A DNA stretch of 63,712 bases, filler included, from an uncultured Methanosarcinales archaeon (GTDB lineage Archaea > Nanobdellota > Nanobdellia > Woesearchaeales > GW2011-AR9), in assembly GCA_964434885.1 (NCBI GenBank). It is 9 parts of 9 records of this genome, joined end to end, with 100 filler letters (N's around TTAATTAATTAA, not from the genome) between each part and the next. Parts side by side here need not be neighbours in the genome. Positions count along the whole stretch, not along the records: positions 61,539 to 63,712 come from CAYSWQ010000066.1; 8 more parts are not named here. One strand, written 5' to 3'. This document shows, in pieces, positions 61,539-63,712 of this stretch. Position 1 is the stretch's first letter, and each line of letters opens with the position of its first letter. A program made the position numbers and the translations under genes. The notes under the pieces are model-generated. The model searched no databases, was not told the origin of the DNA, and saw only the letters and a list, made by a program, of their open reading frames with translations.

Positions 61539-63490
61539 CTCTTCCGGTAAAGTCATTAGTTTTGCTAAATTAGGATTATTATTTATCATTACTTCTTCTA
61601 AGATGTCAATTGTTGAGAGATCTGTTTTAATAATTCCTAATTTTTCTAAAGAAGCGATGTCTAATGCTTTCCTCATAACTTTTTCTACTTTTTCATAGTT
61701 TCCTGTTGGTAATTCTTTAAAGATGTTAAGATATTGGCTTGTTTCTTCGGGATTGTCAATGTTTAGAAAACTGAACTGTTTACCTAATAAACGTGCTGCA
61801 GCGCCGTGAATATATCCATCTTCATAGAGGTTCATAATTTGTGTATTCAATATTGGACTTGTTTCGATGGCAAAATCTATCTGTCCCGCAATATTAGTAA
61901 AAGTACGAATGCCTCCTGTTCCTCGTGTATTACTAATCAGTTCTCTTACAAAGTAATTCTTATCAATTTCTTCAGGCAGATATTTAAGGTATCTTTGATA
62001 TGTGCTTCCAGTACTGCCAGCCCCGATTATATTTTCTCCGCTACTTAAAGCAGTCAAAAGTAAATCTGCCATTTCTGGATCCTTTACATTTAAACCAGGA
62101 AATCTTTTTTGTATGAATTCTAAGTCTTTTTGGTATTTTTCTAATTTATTTTTATTAATTGCAGAACCGAATTTGGTGAAGTAATAGTTTTTGACAACTT
62201 CTTCATCAAAAAAGGCAATACTTTCTCCGTTAATACTAACCTGTTTACCTAAAGGAGAAATTCTTATTGCTCTTTCTTCACCACTTGCTGTGTCGTAATC
62301 ATAAATTACTTGCGTTTTTAATAACTTTGTACCACTTGGAGGGAAGATATCTGCTTTTCCTTTTCTAAAAAAAATATCAACATCTATATTGTTTCCAATA
62401 TTATTTTTGTTAAGCTCGCCATAATAAACTTGCCCTGCTCCATCTATTTTGTCAACAATTAAACTGGGAATGGTTTGATAAGTATGTACACTAATTTCAT
62501 TATCCTCTTTAATTTTTATTCTCACCGAATTTCTTTTATCAATCGCAAGACAACTTCCAGTTATGGCATCACAAACACTTCTAGACTCTGCTTCCGGAAA
62601 GTATTCAGTATCTCTTGAAACTTTAATAGTTGCTAATGTTCCAAAAGGTCTAAGTTCGTTTATTCTGGTGTTCATACTTAAAGACCAAGTTTTTGTCTCT
62701 GGGTTATATGTGGCTCCACCAGTATCAATAATCTCTCTTTTTACAACAACTATTTGGATATCTTCACCATCCTCATTTTTGGTGCTTATGATTTCGGCAT
62801 GTTTAATGTGCTCTCCAATATATTTTAATTTGGCTTTCCCTCCTTCTTGAGGGATTAAATCTACTATTAGTCCACCAAGTTTAGTGTATGCACAAGAATT
62901 TCCAACACAAACATTTTTTGAATAAATTGAATCCCCAGCATGAATATCTGTGCCTTTAACAAAAGAAACTTTTTCTCCGGGTGCTCCCCACATAATATCT
63001 GCTTGTTCCAATGCTTCTAGGTCTTTCCCACTAAAAACTTTACCATCTCGTAATTGAATTTCGTCCCGAACATTAATTTTTTGTGGAATTCCATTTTCAT
63101 CTAACCACAAAAAAACTTCGAATTTTTCTTTCTTTTCTGCCTTTATTATTCCAGAATATTTTCCAGTGACTTTAACTGCGGTATCTTTCTGAGCAGTTAT
63201 CGCCAAAGAAGAATCTGTTTCTTTGTTAACCTCAATGTTTCCTTTTTCTATTAACAATTCTCCTGATTTAATGCTAACTGTTCCAGAAATCTTTGCTCCT
63301 TGATGCGTATAACCATTAATCTCCGTACTTTCTGCAAGGGTAATCTTATCGTCTGTGATTATTATTCTTCCTCCTTTAAATGTTGCTCCTTCGTATTTAA
63401 AGTTTCCATTAGTAATTGTTACAACCTCTCCAGAAACAGCTACGGCACCTAGTCCTGCTGTTTCAACATCAATTCCATAATTGTCTTTTA
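61539..63490 (-). CDS. Internal part of a large hypothetical protein, both ends missing
   Basis: Frame stays open and beta-rich upstream of the track's TTG (63257) to about 63490, with no start codon. Confidence 0.7.
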
Positions 63491-63712
63491 ACAGATTTGA
63501 GATTTTTGTTGCTGTGATAGCTTCAATGATTGCAAAAATACCAGTGGCACATTTGCATGGAGGAGAAATTACAGTAGGTGCATTTGATGAATCTATTAGA
63601 CATTCAATAACTAAAATGAGTCAACTGCACTTTACAGCCGCTAGAGAATATAGGGATAGAGTTATTCAGTTGGGCGAGCAGCCAAACAGAGTTTTTAATG
63701 TTGGTGGTTTGG
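63491..63712 (+). CDS. neuC: Internal fragment of a hydrolysing UDP-GlcNAc 2-epimerase (NeuC); not in the ORF track
   Basis: RFEIF..KIPVAHLHGGEITVGAFDESIRHSITKMSQLHF..RVIQLGEQPNRVFNVGGL. Confidence 0.88.

Overview
This is an AT-rich archaeal draft genome, most likely a DPANN/Nanobdellota (Woesearchaeota-like) organism. The assignment rests on the archaeal 16S and 5S rRNAs, eL18/eL21, Rpo3/4/10, a single-chain PriS-PriL primase and a 5S gene standing alone. The window is nine contig pieces joined by artificial 100-bp N44-TTAATTAATTAA-N44 linkers, so adjacency across linkers is meaningless. It holds housekeeping genes (topA, the S13-S4-S11-RpoD-L18e-L13-S9-RpoN operon, L21e-RpoF-DUF655, Elp3, YchF, Taw3, TrmI, dUTPase, MDH), two surface-glycan gene clusters and two giant paralogous surface proteins. 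The most notable observations are: (1) a phosphonate-biosynthesis module (PepM fused to a nucleotidyltransferase, followed by a phosphonopyruvate decarboxylase start missing from the ORF track) inside a glycan-modification cluster; (2) a 99-nt bulge-helix-bulge intron in the 16S rRNA 790 loop that splits the 785F/806R primer site; (3) a LAGLIDADG intein in the Walker A motif of a LolD/MacB-type ABC ATPase, with a frame break in the intein, in an operon also interrupted by an MNT-HEPN module; (4) an uncharacterised metallophosphoesterase + HEXXH + Cys-rich operon; (5) a long intergenic RNA-like hairpin, a promoter-bearing ORF with one in-frame TGA, and a probable chimeric junction at the window end. 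All calls come from reading motifs by eye; no database searches were run.
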